A stretch of DNA of 64,000 nucleotides from Flavobacteriales bacterium (GTDB lineage: Bacteria; Bacteroidota; Bacteroidia; Flavobacteriales_F; PHOS-HE28): NCBI GenBank assembly GCA_041749915.1, contig JBGTAJ010000048.1, forward strand, positions 17,844 through 81,843. The letters run 5' to 3'. How positions within the stretch are numbered: the first letter of the stretch is position 1; each line of letters begins with the position of its first letter. Shown here in pieces: positions 28,148 to 37,702 of this stretch. The notes below the pieces were generated by a model, which was given only the letters and a program-made list of their open reading frames with translations, was not told where the DNA came from and made no database searches. Position numbers and translations under genes: made by a program.

Positions 28148-29020
28148 ATGGATCGTCGCACAGCCCTTCACCTCATGACCATTGCACCACTGGGTGCCGC
28201 CTTGACCCAGCGTGAGCTTGGTCGCGTGGTGGATGGTTTCCCCTCCACTCCTGCCATGCCGGTGCTCTTTCTCGGGCATGGCAGTCCGATGAACGCGATC
28301 GAAGAGAACAGCTTCACACAAGGCTGGCGGGCTGTTGCCAAAGACCTGCCCTCTCCGAACGCCATCCTCTGCATCAGTGCACTTTGGGAGACGACGGGCA
28401 CCTTTGTCACCGGCATGGAGCGGCCACGTACCATCCATGACTTCGGTGGCTTTCCTAAGGCCTTGTTCGATGTGCAATACCCCGCACCAGGAAGCCCAAC
28501 GCTGGCAAAGCTTACACAGGATGCAGCCACCAGCGCGCACAGCGGCGTGGACCATCAATGGGGTCTTGACCATGGAGCCTGGAGCGTGATCATGCACCTG
28601 TTCCCGAAGGCTGACGTCCCGGTGGTGCAGCTCAGCCTGGACCGCCGTCTTTCGCCCCAGCAGCACTATGACCTTGCCCGTGACCTGTCCGGCCTGCGCC
28701 GCAAGGGCGTGCTCATCATCGGTAGTGGCAACATGGTGCACAACCTGGGCGTCATCGATTGGCAGAACCCCGACGGTGGCTACGATTGGGCCGTGGAGGC
28801 GAACACCCGGATGAAGGAACTGGTGCTGGGTGAAGGTCACGCCCAGTTGGCCAACTACGCCGCACAGGGAAAGGCCTTCCAACTGAGCATCCCCACACCG
28901 GAACACTATCTGCCACTGTTGTACACCCTGGGCTTGAAGGATCGGAACGAAGCGGTGTCGATCTTCAACGACCGGACCGTGATGGGAAGCATTTCCATGA
29001 CCAGTATCCGGATCGGCTGA
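28148..29020 (+). CDS. ygiD: 4,5-DOPA extradiol dioxygenase family (YgiD/LigB)
   Basis: FLGHGSPMNA, IHDFGGFP, GLDHGAW, GSGNMVHNL, PTPEHYLPL. Confidence 0.9.
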   Translation: MDRRTALHLMTIAPLGAALTQRELGRVVDGFPSTPAMPVLFLGHGSPMNAIEENSFTQGWRAVAKDLPSPNAILCISALWETTGTFVTGMERPRTIHDFGGFPKALFDVQYPAPGSPTLAKLTQDAATSAHSGVDHQWGLDHGAWSVIMHLFPKADVPVVQLSLDRRLSPQQHYDLARDLSGLRRKGVLIIGSGNMVHNLGVIDWQNPDGGYDWAVEANTRMKELVLGEGHAQLANYAAQGKAFQLSIPTPEHYLPLLYTLGLKDRNEAVSIFNDRTVMGSISMTSIRIG

Positions 29021-29045
29021 TACACGAACACGCTACCTTGCCGCC

Positions 29046-29603
29046 ATGCATATCGCCCTACTCTCCACCAGTGTCCGGGATGGCCGGATGAGCCACCGTG
29101 TCGCCCTTCATCTGCAGCGCTCCATCACCGCGGAGGGCCGGCATACAGTGGACCTGATCGACCTGCTGGACCATGACTTCCCGGTGTTCCACGAGCGATT
29201 GAAGTTCATGGCCGCTCCGGCACCGGAGGTGGTAGCGTTCGCGGAACGCATCCGCAAGGCGGACGGGGTGATCATCGTGACGCCGGAATACAACGGCAGC
29301 TATCCGGCCAGCCTGAAGAACATCATCGACCTGCTCACCGAGGATTGGAAGAAGAAGCCCATCGCCATCAGTTCCGTCTCCGGCGGTGCCTTCGGCGGTT
29401 CACAGGTGCTGACCCAATTGCTCTTCACCCTCTGGAAGATCAGGGCCTGGGTGGTGCCCGGTGCCATGCAGGTGCCCACGGTGAAGGAGAATTTCAACGA
29501 GGACGGTTCGCCTGCGGATGCGGAGGCCTGGGCCCGTCGCACCAAGGCTTTCCTGGAAGAGCTCGAGTGGGCCATGGAGGCCAAACACCGGATGAACGGC
29601 TAA
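29046..29603 (+). CDS. NADPH-dependent FMN reductase
   Basis: STSVR.GR.S, ADGVIIVTPEYNGSYPASLKN.ID. Confidence 0.92.
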   Translation: MHIALLSTSVRDGRMSHRVALHLQRSITAEGRHTVDLIDLLDHDFPVFHERLKFMAAPAPEVVAFAERIRKADGVIIVTPEYNGSYPASLKNIIDLLTEDWKKKPIAISSVSGGAFGGSQVLTQLLFTLWKIRAWVVPGAMQVPTVKENFNEDGSPADAEAWARRTKAFLEELEWAMEAKHRMNG

Positions 29604-29607
29604 TGCC

Positions 29608-30084
29608 ATGGCATCCAAGGTGCCGGTCGCTTCGCGGGTGAACTGGGCAGCGGTCGGGCTACAGATGGTTGTCTTACTATGCCTTTTCCTGCTCGTGGGC
29701 TTTCTCGGTCTGCATCTGATGTTCGCCCCGGTGATCTACCTCACTTGGTCGTGGGGTACGAAACTGTGGCTGGCCCGGGACCATCGCCGAAGTATCGGCC
29801 TGATCAAGGCCGGTCGTTATGCGGAGGCCATCCCCCACTGTGAGGCTAGTGCAGCTTGGTTCGAACAACGTTCATGGGTGGACCGCTACCGTGCACTTGT
29901 CATGCTGTCTCCTTCGGCATGGAGCTATCGCGAGATGGCCCTCGCCAACCGCGCCTTCTGCTTGGGTCTGTCGGGCCGGGGGCAGGAGGCCATGCTGGCC
30001 TATGAGGACATGCTGTTGGAATTCCCGGGAAGCGCTCTGGCCGGTCCGGCACTGACCATGATGCGCGCTGCGCAACAGGCCTAG
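29608..30084 (+). CDS. Hypothetical membrane protein with TPR-like C-terminus
   Basis: Two hydrophobic segments, YREMALAN.AFC helix repeat. Confidence 0.6.
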   Translation: MASKVPVASRVNWAAVGLQMVVLLCLFLLVGFLGLHLMFAPVIYLTWSWGTKLWLARDHRRSIGLIKAGRYAEAIPHCEASAAWFEQRSWVDRYRALVMLSPSAWSYREMALANRAFCLGLSGRGQEAMLAYEDMLLEFPGSALAGPALTMMRAAQQA

Positions 30085-30085
30085 C

Positions 30086-31237
30086 TCACGCCTTCGCAGG
30101 CACCAATTGGAAGATCCGCTGCAGGGCCTTCACCGTCTGTTCCACATCAGCCTTGGTGGTGTAGCGACTGAAGGAGAAGCGGATGTTCGCGCCCTGCACA
30201 TCCGGGTACAACGCGGCAAGGACGTGGCTGCCTTTGTTGCTGCCGCTGCTGCACGCACTGCCACCGCTGCAGGCGATCCCCTCGATGTCCAGGTTGTAGA
30301 CCAGCATCTCCGCCTTGCCGTCATCCGGGAAACGGACGTTCAACACCGTGTAAAGGGAATCGTCGGAGGTATCACCATTGAAGCGCACACCCGGGATGGC
30401 CTCGACCAGCAAGGCCTTCATCATGGTCTTCAGCCCCTGGACGTGCGCGTGGTGCTCCTCCAGGTGTTCGTAGGCCAGTTCCATCGCTTTGGCCAGCCCC
30501 ACGATCCCGGGGATGTTCTCGGTCCCGCCGCGCATGTTCCGCTCCTGCGAACCGCCCAGGATCATCGGCTTGAGGCCGGCCCCGCTGCGCATGTAGAGGA
30601 AGCCGATGCCCTTGGGGCCGTGGAACTTGTGCGCTGCGCAGGTGATGAAGTCCACCGGCAGATGTTCCAGGTCGAAGGCATAGTGCCCCATGGTCTGCAC
30701 GGTGTCGCTGTGGAAAAGGGCCCCGTATTCGTGACAGAGGCTGCCGATCGTCTGCAGGTCGATGCGGGTGCCGATCTCGTTGTTGGCATGCATCAGGCTG
30801 ACGAGCACCCCTTGTCCGCGCGTGGCTGCAAGCAGTTCACGCAGGTGACCAAGGTCGGGCTTGCCGTCCGCTTCCAAGCGCAACCAATGGATCGTAACAC
30901 CCTGCTGCTCACCAAGCTTCGATGCCGTCAGTTCAACCGCATGATGCTCGATGGCGGAGGTGATGATGTGCCGGACGCCAAGGTCGCGCACGCTGGATTG
31001 CAGGACCATGTTATCGGCCTCCGTGCCGCCACTGGTGAAGATGATCTCACCGGGTGTGCAGTGGAGCAGGGATGCCACCGTCCGGCGCGCCTTCTCCACC
31101 GATGCACGGGTCTGTCGACCGAAGGCGTGGATGGACGAAGGATTCCCGAACTGGTCCCGCAACACCGGCAACATGGCCTCGAAGACCTCGGGCGCAAGTG
31201 GTGTGGTGGCGGCGTTGTCCAGATAGATGCGGTTCAT
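30086..31237 (-). CDS. iscS: Cysteine desulfurase (IscS/NifS)
   Basis: IYLDNAATT, FTSGGTE, AHKFHGPKG, SGGSACSSG. Confidence 0.93.
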   Translation of the reverse strand: MNRIYLDNAATTPLAPEVFEAMLPVLRDQFGNPSSIHAFGRQTRASVEKARRTVASLLHCTPGEIIFTSGGTEADNMVLQSSVRDLGVRHIITSAIEHHAVELTASKLGEQQGVTIHWLRLEADGKPDLGHLRELLAATRGQGVLVSLMHANNEIGTRIDLQTIGSLCHEYGALFHSDTVQTMGHYAFDLEHLPVDFITCAAHKFHGPKGIGFLYMRSGAGLKPMILGGSQERNMRGGTENIPGIVGLAKAMELAYEHLEEHHAHVQGLKTMMKALLVEAIPGVRFNGDTSDDSLYTVLNVRFPDDGKAEMLVYNLDIEGIACSGGSACSSGSNKGSHVLAALYPDVQGANIRFSFSRYTTKADVEQTVKALQRIFQLVPAKA

Positions 31238-31248
31238 GGTGGGCAAAG

Positions 31249-32655
31249 TTACCGGGAGACGCCGGGCTCCTCGGCCAATTCACGCAGTTCGCTCATGATC
31301 CTTCGCGCCAGGGCATCGGCCTCGTCCATCGATGGGGCTTCGGCGTAGACCCGGATGATCGGCTCCGTGTTGCTGCGGCGCAGGTGCACCCATGTGTTCC
31401 CGAACTCGATGCGCAGCCCGTCCACCGTGCTGTGCGGCATGGCTGCATGTTTCACCTGCATGGCATCCACCAGGGCCTGAACATCCATGCCCGCTTGCAG
31501 GTTGATCTTGTTCTTGCTGATGAAGTAGTCCGGGTAGCTTCTGCGCAGTTCCAGGCTGGTCTTCCCGCTCTTCACGAGCAGGGTCAGGAAGAGGGCGATC
31601 CCGGCCAGGGCATCGCGGCCATAGTGCAGTTCGCTCAGGATCACGCCGCCGTTGCCCTCTCCGCCGATAGGGGCGCCCACGGCCTTCATGGTCTCCACCA
31701 CGTTCACCTCGCCCACTGCGCTGGCATGTCTTGCCCGGCCGTGCCTGGTCGCGATGTCGTCAAGTGCCCGCGTGCTGCTGAGGTTGCTCACCGTGTCGCC
31801 GGGGCGATGGGCCAGCACATGGTCGGCGCATGCCACCAGGGTGTACTCCTCCCCGAACAGGCTGCCATCGTCACAGACCAGCGCCAGACGGTCCACATCC
31901 GGGTCCACGGCGATGCCCAGGTGTGCCTTGTGTTTGCGCACCGTTTCGCACAGGTCCTTCAGGTGCTCGGGCAGCGGTTCCGGATCGTGCGGGAAACGGC
32001 CGTTGGGGATGCAGTGGATCTCGATCACATCGAGCACGCCCAGCGCAGTGAGCAACGCCGGGACGGCCTCCCCGCCCACCGAGTTCACCGCATCGACCAC
32101 CACGCGCAGGTTCGCGCTGCGGATGGCGTCCACGTCCACGAGGTCGAGCGAAAGAATGGCGTCGATGTGGCGCCGTGTCCACCCACTACGGAGCTGCACC
32201 TCGCCGAGGTTCTCCACCGAAGCGAAATCCAATTCCTCCGATGCCGCCAGCCGGAGCACTTCAGCCCCTTGCGCAGCACTGATGAACTCGCCGTGCTGGT
32301 TCAGCAACTTCAGCGCGTTCCACTGCGCCGGGTTATGGCTGGCGGTCAGGATGATGCCCCCATCGGCCTGCTCGCCGGGCACAGCCATCTCAACGGTCGG
32401 CGTGGTGGCCATGCCCAGGTCGAACACATCGAAGCCAAGGCCCACCAACGTACCGCGGACCAGGTCACTGACCATCGGGCCGCTGATGCGCGCATCGCGC
32501 CCCAGGACCATGCGCGGACGTTCACGGGTGCTGTTGCGTTTGATGAGCGTGCCGAAGGCGGCGGTGTAGCGCACCACGTCCAGCGGGGTCAGGCCCTCGC
32601 CGGGAGCGCCGCCGATGGTGCCACGGATGCCGGAAATGGATCGGATCAAGGTCAT
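31249..32655 (-). CDS. glmM: Phosphoglucosamine mutase / phosphohexomutase
   Basis: SISGIRG, TASHNP, DPDVDR, GGEGNGG, RRSNTEP. Confidence 0.9.
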   Translation of the reverse strand: MTLIRSISGIRGTIGGAPGEGLTPLDVVRYTAAFGTLIKRNSTRERPRMVLGRDARISGPMVSDLVRGTLVGLGFDVFDLGMATTPTVEMAVPGEQADGGIILTASHNPAQWNALKLLNQHGEFISAAQGAEVLRLAASEELDFASVENLGEVQLRSGWTRRHIDAILSLDLVDVDAIRSANLRVVVDAVNSVGGEAVPALLTALGVLDVIEIHCIPNGRFPHDPEPLPEHLKDLCETVRKHKAHLGIAVDPDVDRLALVCDDGSLFGEEYTLVACADHVLAHRPGDTVSNLSSTRALDDIATRHGRARHASAVGEVNVVETMKAVGAPIGGEGNGGVILSELHYGRDALAGIALFLTLLVKSGKTSLELRRSYPDYFISKNKINLQAGMDVQALVDAMQVKHAAMPHSTVDGLRIEFGNTWVHLRRSNTEPIIRVYAEAPSMDEADALARRIMSELRELAEEPGVSR

Positions 32656-32917
32656 GGTCAGGGGAATTAATGTCACTGCCGGATCTTCGCGCAGCGTCGT
32701 GCAAAGCTATCGGGCCACCTGGGGCGTCCTTGCCCTGGCCTGTCCCGGCGTCCACGATCGGCTGTTGAACCATCCCCCCAACTGTCCGGATCACTATGGA
32801 TCTGAGCTCCTTCAGGACCATCGCTGCACCAAAGGTTGTTCATAACCCAAAGGTCCATCCATCGGCTGGTGGGCGATATCCCTAATTTTGGGCCGAGGCC
32901 AACCCCTCAGCAGTTCC

Positions 32918-34327
32918 ATGAACGACGGACCCTATTCCCTGCACGACCGCGACGACCAGCAGAGTTCGGTGGAGCGGTACGAGTCGATGTTGCACCGGAA
33001 CGACCACCTGTTCTTCGATGTGGAGGAGTTCGAGCACATCATCGAATATTACCTGGAGGAGAACGAGCCCCGAAAGGCGCAGGAGGTCCTTGCATACGCC
33101 AATCAGCAGCACCCCAATTCACCCGACCTGCTCTTCTGTGAAGCGCATGTACTGATGAACCTGGGCAAGTTGAACAAAGCCCTGGAGGTGCTGGACGCCA
33201 TCGGTCGCGTGGAGCCCTTCAACGAGGATGTGCACCTGCACAAGGCCGGCATCTACAGCCAGCTCAGGAACTACAGGCGCGCCGTGGAGCATTACAAGCG
33301 GGCGCTGGACCTGGCCGATGAGGGCTTGGACGAGATCTACCTCGACCTCGCTTTCGAGTACGAGAACCTCGAATCGCTGGACCTCGCCATCGATTGCTTG
33401 AAGAAGGCGCTGGAGATCAATCCGGAGAACGAGGCCGTGCTCTACGAACTCTCCTACTGCTTCGAACTGGCTGATGCACACCGCTCGGCGGTTGCCTATT
33501 TTCGGGAATTCACCGACGAGCACCCCTATTCCTTCGTGGCCTGGTACAACCTGGGCGCTGCGCTGGCACGGCTGGAGCGCACGGAGGAGAGCAACGAGGC
33601 GCTCGACCTCTGCATGGCCATCGATGACCGTTTCACCTCGGCCTATTTCGCCAAGGCGCGCAACCTGCTCATCCAAGGCAACTACGAACAGGCCATCGAG
33701 TGTTACAACGAGACCATTACCATCGATGGGCCGCAGGCAGTGACCTTCAGCTACATCGGTGAATGCTATGAGAAGATGGAGCGCTTCGAGCAGGCGCTGA
33801 TCCACTACGACCAGGCATTGGCTATCGATCCCAACTGGGTGGATGCCTGGATCGGTCGTGGGGTCGTGAAGGACGTGCAAGGCCGTGCTGCCGAGTCCAT
33901 CAAGGACCTCGAAGTGGCCATCAAGCTGGCACCCGAGCACGGCGACGCCTGGTTCTACCTGGCCAATTCACTGGGCCGGATCGGGCGCTTTGAAGATGCC
34001 TTGGGCGCCTACTCCACCCTGAACACGCTGGAACCCGAAAGCCTCGACGGCTGGCTGGACCATGCCGACCTGCTGATGAACATCAAGGGACCCGAAGCGG
34101 CCCTGAAGAAGCTGGTCGAAGGTGAGGTCGTGCACAAGTTGAACGGACGTTTCCGTTATCGCAAGGTCAGTTACCTGCTTCGCTCGGGCCGCGAGCAGGA
34201 CGGCCTACTGGAACTGGAGGAAGCCCTGATGGCGGATCATGCCGGACATGACCAGCTGCTGGCCCATTATCCTGAGGCGCTGCAAATGCCCCAGGTCATA
34301 CACCTGTTGGAACTCTACCGCCGATGA
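32918..34327 (+). CDS. TPR repeat protein (conserved Bacteroidota family)
   Basis: FFDVEEFE.II.YY N-terminus, ~10 TPRs; TAATTTTG at 32883-32890. Confidence 0.85.
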   Translation: MNDGPYSLHDRDDQQSSVERYESMLHRNDHLFFDVEEFEHIIEYYLEENEPRKAQEVLAYANQQHPNSPDLLFCEAHVLMNLGKLNKALEVLDAIGRVEPFNEDVHLHKAGIYSQLRNYRRAVEHYKRALDLADEGLDEIYLDLAFEYENLESLDLAIDCLKKALEINPENEAVLYELSYCFELADAHRSAVAYFREFTDEHPYSFVAWYNLGAALARLERTEESNEALDLCMAIDDRFTSAYFAKARNLLIQGNYEQAIECYNETITIDGPQAVTFSYIGECYEKMERFEQALIHYDQALAIDPNWVDAWIGRGVVKDVQGRAAESIKDLEVAIKLAPEHGDAWFYLANSLGRIGRFEDALGAYSTLNTLEPESLDGWLDHADLLMNIKGPEAALKKLVEGEVVHKLNGRFRYRKVSYLLRSGREQDGLLELEEALMADHAGHDQLLAHYPEALQMPQVIHLLELYRR

Positions 34328-35130
34328 ATTTCAAGCTTTCCCACATTCCCGCCAGGAGCGTAAAACCTCGCGAGGATGGGGTCACCATGGTCATGGACAA
34401 GGGGCTCTCCCTGCGCCAGGCCGAAGACCTGATCAGTGCCAGTGGACATCTGGTGGATATGGTGAAGCTGGGCTTCGGCACCTCCTTCGTCACGCCCAAC
34501 CTGCAGGAGAAGGTGAAGCTTTACCAGAAGGCCGACATGCGGGTCTATCTCGGTGGCACCCTGTTCGAGGCCTTCGTTTCGCGAGGGATGGTGAAGGACT
34601 ATCGCAAGCTGGTCGATCAATTGGGCCTTGACCTGGTGGAGGTCAGCGATGGCTCCATCAGCATGCCAGCCAAGGAAAAATGCAAGTACATCACCGACCT
34701 GGCCAAACATTACACGGTGCTCAGCGAGGTCGGTTCCAAGGAGTCCGGTATCCTGATCAGCCCGGCGAAGTGGGTGAACATGATGCGCACCGAACTCGAT
34801 GCAGGCAGCTGGAAGGTGATCGCGGAGGCCCGTGAAAGCGGCACCGTGGGCATCTATCGACCCAATGGTCATGCGCACACGGCCTTGGTCAATCGCATCC
34901 TCGCGAAGGTCGCCGGCAAGGACATCCTCTGGGAGGCACCCCAGAAATCGCAGCAGGTCTGGTTCATCAAGCAATTGGGCGCCAACGTGAACCTGGGGAA
35001 CATCGCTCCCGATGAGGTCATCGCCCTGGAAACATTGCGCATCGGCCTGCGCGGCGACACCTTCTTCCAGTACCTGCCCGAGGAAATGGCGGAGAAGTTG
35101 CGTCAGATCAAGACGGAGAACGTCCAGTGA
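34324..35130 (+). CDS. comA: Phosphosulfolactate synthase (ComA/Hsa32 family)
   Basis: KPR..G.T.V.DKG, VK.GFGTS, GGTLFE, EVSDG, SEVGSK, EARESG, WEAP.K.QQ, LETLR.GLRGDT. Confidence 0.9.
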   Translation: MNFKLSHIPARSVKPREDGVTMVMDKGLSLRQAEDLISASGHLVDMVKLGFGTSFVTPNLQEKVKLYQKADMRVYLGGTLFEAFVSRGMVKDYRKLVDQLGLDLVEVSDGSISMPAKEKCKYITDLAKHYTVLSEVGSKESGILISPAKWVNMMRTELDAGSWKVIAEARESGTVGIYRPNGHAHTALVNRILAKVAGKDILWEAPQKSQQVWFIKQLGANVNLGNIAPDEVIALETLRIGLRGDTFFQYLPEEMAEKLRQIKTENVQ

Positions 35131-35162
35131 GCCTGCTCCCACCCACACGTCGATCCTCTACC

Positions 35163-35483
35163 ATGGAACTGGAGATCAGCATTGCGGAACTACTGAAGAT
35201 GCGGGCCGAACAGCGCCCTTTTCAACTCATCGACCTGCGTGAGCCATACGAGGCGGAGCGTTGCACCCTGGGCGGTACACTGATCCCCATGGGCGAGATA
35301 CTGGAGCGCAGCACCGAACTGCGTCGCGATGTTCCCGTGATCATGCATTGCAAGAGCGGCAACCGCGCAGGTGCCGTGGTTCATGCGCTCACCACCCGCT
35401 ATGGCTTCACCAACGTGATGAACCTAAAGGGGGGCATCGAAGCGTGGAAAGCCGAAGTGGACCAGACGATCAACTGCGAGTGA
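35163..35483 (+). CDS. Rhodanese-like sulfurtransferase
   Basis: LIDLREPYE, HCKSGNRA active loop, NLKGGIEAW. Confidence 0.9.
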   Translation: MELEISIAELLKMRAEQRPFQLIDLREPYEAERCTLGGTLIPMGEILERSTELRRDVPVIMHCKSGNRAGAVVHALTTRYGFTNVMNLKGGIEAWKAEVDQTINCE

Positions 35484-35485
35484 GC

Positions 35486-36454
35486 ATGATGGACATCCGT
35501 TCGCGCATCAAACTGTTCCTCAAAGGCATGGCCATGGGGGCCGCCGATGTGGTGCCAGGTGTCTCCGGCGGTACGATAGCCTTCATCTCCGGCATCTACG
35601 AGGAACTGCTGGCGTCCATCAAATCCGTGGGTCCGGATACCTTGGTCGTGCTGCGCCAGCGCGGGATCAAGGCGGCGTGGCAGCAGGTGAACGGTGACTT
35701 CCTCGCCACGCTGCTTGCGGGGATCGGCACGAGCATCCTGTTGCTCGTGAGGCCCATCACGTGGGCGATCGCGCACCATCCGGTGTTGATCTGGAGCTTC
35801 TTCTTCGGTCTGATCGCTGCCAGCGTATGGCTCTGTGGTCGATTGGTGAAGCATTGGGCCCTGGGTCCGATCGTCGGTCTGCTGGTCGGTGCCGCAATTG
35901 CCGTGGCCATTGGCATGCTCAACGCCGGCACGGGCTCCGGATCCCTCGCCTTCGTCTTCCTCTCCGGGGCCATCGCCATCTGCGCCATGATCCTGCCGGG
36001 GATCAGCGGCTCGTTCATCCTGCTCCTGATGGGCATGTACCTGCCGGTGATGACCGCCTTGAAGACCTTCGACATTCCGGTGATCGTTGTTTTCATCGTG
36101 GGCTGTCTCTTTGGTCTGATGGCCTTTTCCCGTCTCTTGTCCTGGATGTTCCAGCGCCACCATGACCTCACCGTGGCCTCGCTTACGGGCTTCCTGCTTG
36201 GCTCGCTCACCATCATCTGGCCGTGGAAGGAGGTGCTCAGCGTGCGGATGGTCCATGAAGGTCGTCCGGATGCCCACTTGGAGCCTTTCATCCAGAAGAA
36301 CATCCTGCCTGGCGACTACGCCATGATCACCGAGATGGACACGTTGCTGGGTGTCACGGCCAAGGACCCCCAACTGCTGTGGGCCGTGCTGTTGGCCTTG
36401 TTCGGTGCGGCTCTGCTCGTGGTCCTCGACCGCTTCTCGCCCGATCGCGCATGA
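35486..36454 (+). CDS. DUF368 undecaprenyl-phosphate translocase family
   Basis: KGMAMGAADVVPGVSGGTIA and AMILPGISGS repeats. Confidence 0.92.
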   Translation: MMDIRSRIKLFLKGMAMGAADVVPGVSGGTIAFISGIYEELLASIKSVGPDTLVVLRQRGIKAAWQQVNGDFLATLLAGIGTSILLLVRPITWAIAHHPVLIWSFFFGLIAASVWLCGRLVKHWALGPIVGLLVGAAIAVAIGMLNAGTGSGSLAFVFLSGAIAICAMILPGISGSFILLLMGMYLPVMTALKTFDIPVIVVFIVGCLFGLMAFSRLLSWMFQRHHDLTVASLTGFLLGSLTIIWPWKEVLSVRMVHEGRPDAHLEPFIQKNILPGDYAMITEMDTLLGVTAKDPQLLWAVLLALFGAALLVVLDRFSPDRA

Positions 36455-37191
36455 CCCGTTATGGCCTGATCGGCTTTCCGTTGACGCACTCGTTCAGTCA
36501 GCGCTACTTCACCGCAAAGTTCAAGGAGCTGCGCTTGAAGGACCATCGGTATGATCTCTTCCCCATTGTTTCCATTGACGACTTTCCTGCGTTGATCCGG
36601 GATACCTCCGGGCTTGCAGGCCTCAACGTGACCATTCCTTACAAGCAGTTGGTCATGCCCTTGTTGGATGAGCTGGATCCCATGGCCGCTGCGGTCGGAG
36701 CTGTGAACACCGTGGTGTTCCGCAACGGCCGGTCGATCGGTCACAACACGGATGTGGAGGGGTTCCGCTCGACCCTGCTGCCCCTGATCCGAAAGGACCG
36801 TCCGCGGGCTTTGGTGCTGGGCAGCGGCGGGGCCTGTCGCGCCGTGGTGTTCGTGCTGCGGGAACTGGGCATCCGCTTCAGGGTGGTGAGCCGCAGTCGC
36901 GAACGTGGCGACCTGACGTGGGACATGCTCGACCCCACGGTCCTCAAGGTCTGTCCGCTGGTGATCAACACCACGCCCGTGGGCATGTTCCCAGCGGTGG
37001 ACGAAGCTCCGGAACTGCCCTACACGGCGATCGGGGATCGGCACATCCTGATCGACCTGATCTACAACCCGGAGGAGACCCGGTTCCTGCGGGAAGGCCG
37101 GTCACACGGCGCGCGCACGGTGAACGGCACGCACATGCTCAAGGCACAGGCGGAGGCCGCTTGGGAGTTGTGGAGGGCAGGTGCGAGGTGA
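36451..37191 (+). CDS. aroE: Shikimate dehydrogenase
   Basis: HSFS, GLNVTIPYK, GAVNT, NTD..GF, LGSGGA, DLIYNP. Confidence 0.95.
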   Translation: MTRYGLIGFPLTHSFSQRYFTAKFKELRLKDHRYDLFPIVSIDDFPALIRDTSGLAGLNVTIPYKQLVMPLLDELDPMAAAVGAVNTVVFRNGRSIGHNTDVEGFRSTLLPLIRKDRPRALVLGSGGACRAVVFVLRELGIRFRVVSRSRERGDLTWDMLDPTVLKVCPLVINTTPVGMFPAVDEAPELPYTAIGDRHILIDLIYNPEETRFLREGRSHGARTVNGTHMLKAQAEAAWELWRAGAR

Positions 37192-37196
37192 CCGGC

Positions 37197-37442
37197 TCAG
37201 CGAAGCAGGCTTCCGGGGTCCAAGTGAACGTACTCGCTCAAGATGTCCAGGTTGCGGGCCACCTCGATCCATTCCGCCTGGTTCAGGCCCAGACGCATCC
37301 AGACCTCGCAGAAAAAACCGTCCATGCGATAGAGGTGCACGCGGTGACCGCCGTATTGGCGTGATCCGAGGTACTCTCCGTGGGAACGTACCGCATCCAG
37401 GCGTTGCTGCCGGTCCGAGGCAAGGAACTCACGCTCCTGCAT
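37197..37442 (-). CDS. Small hypothetical protein
   Basis: LY.M.GFFCEVW motif common in small Bacteroidota proteins; co-oriented with neighbours. Confidence 0.6.
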   Translation of the reverse strand: MQEREFLASDRQQRLDAVRSHGEYLGSRQYGGHRVHLYRMDGFFCEVWMRLGLNQAEWIEVARNLDILSEYVHLDPGSLLR

Positions 37443-37446
37443 GGTC

Positions 37447-37608
37447 TCAGCGGTTCATCGCCCGGAAGACCATCACCACCACACCGGCAAGGAACAATAG
37501 GATGCTGATCCGGTTGATGCCGTGCATGAACCGCAGGCTGCTGTTCTCGCTGGTCTTGCCGAACAGTGATGCCGGGTTCAGGTAGTAGAGAAGGCGCTTC
37601 AGGAACAT
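37447..37608 (-). CDS. DUF6728-like small membrane protein
   Basis: LRFMHGINRISILLFL motif. Confidence 0.65.
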   Translation of the reverse strand: MFLKRLLYYLNPASLFGKTSENSSLRFMHGINRISILLFLAGVVVMVFRAMNR

Positions 37609-37702
37609 GGTGCCGGGGGAGTTCTGTACAAAAGCAACAACGGTTCGCGCTGCCTGTTCGCCGAAGGTACTCTCCCGGAGCGATGCGTTCAAACTCCACC
37701 GT

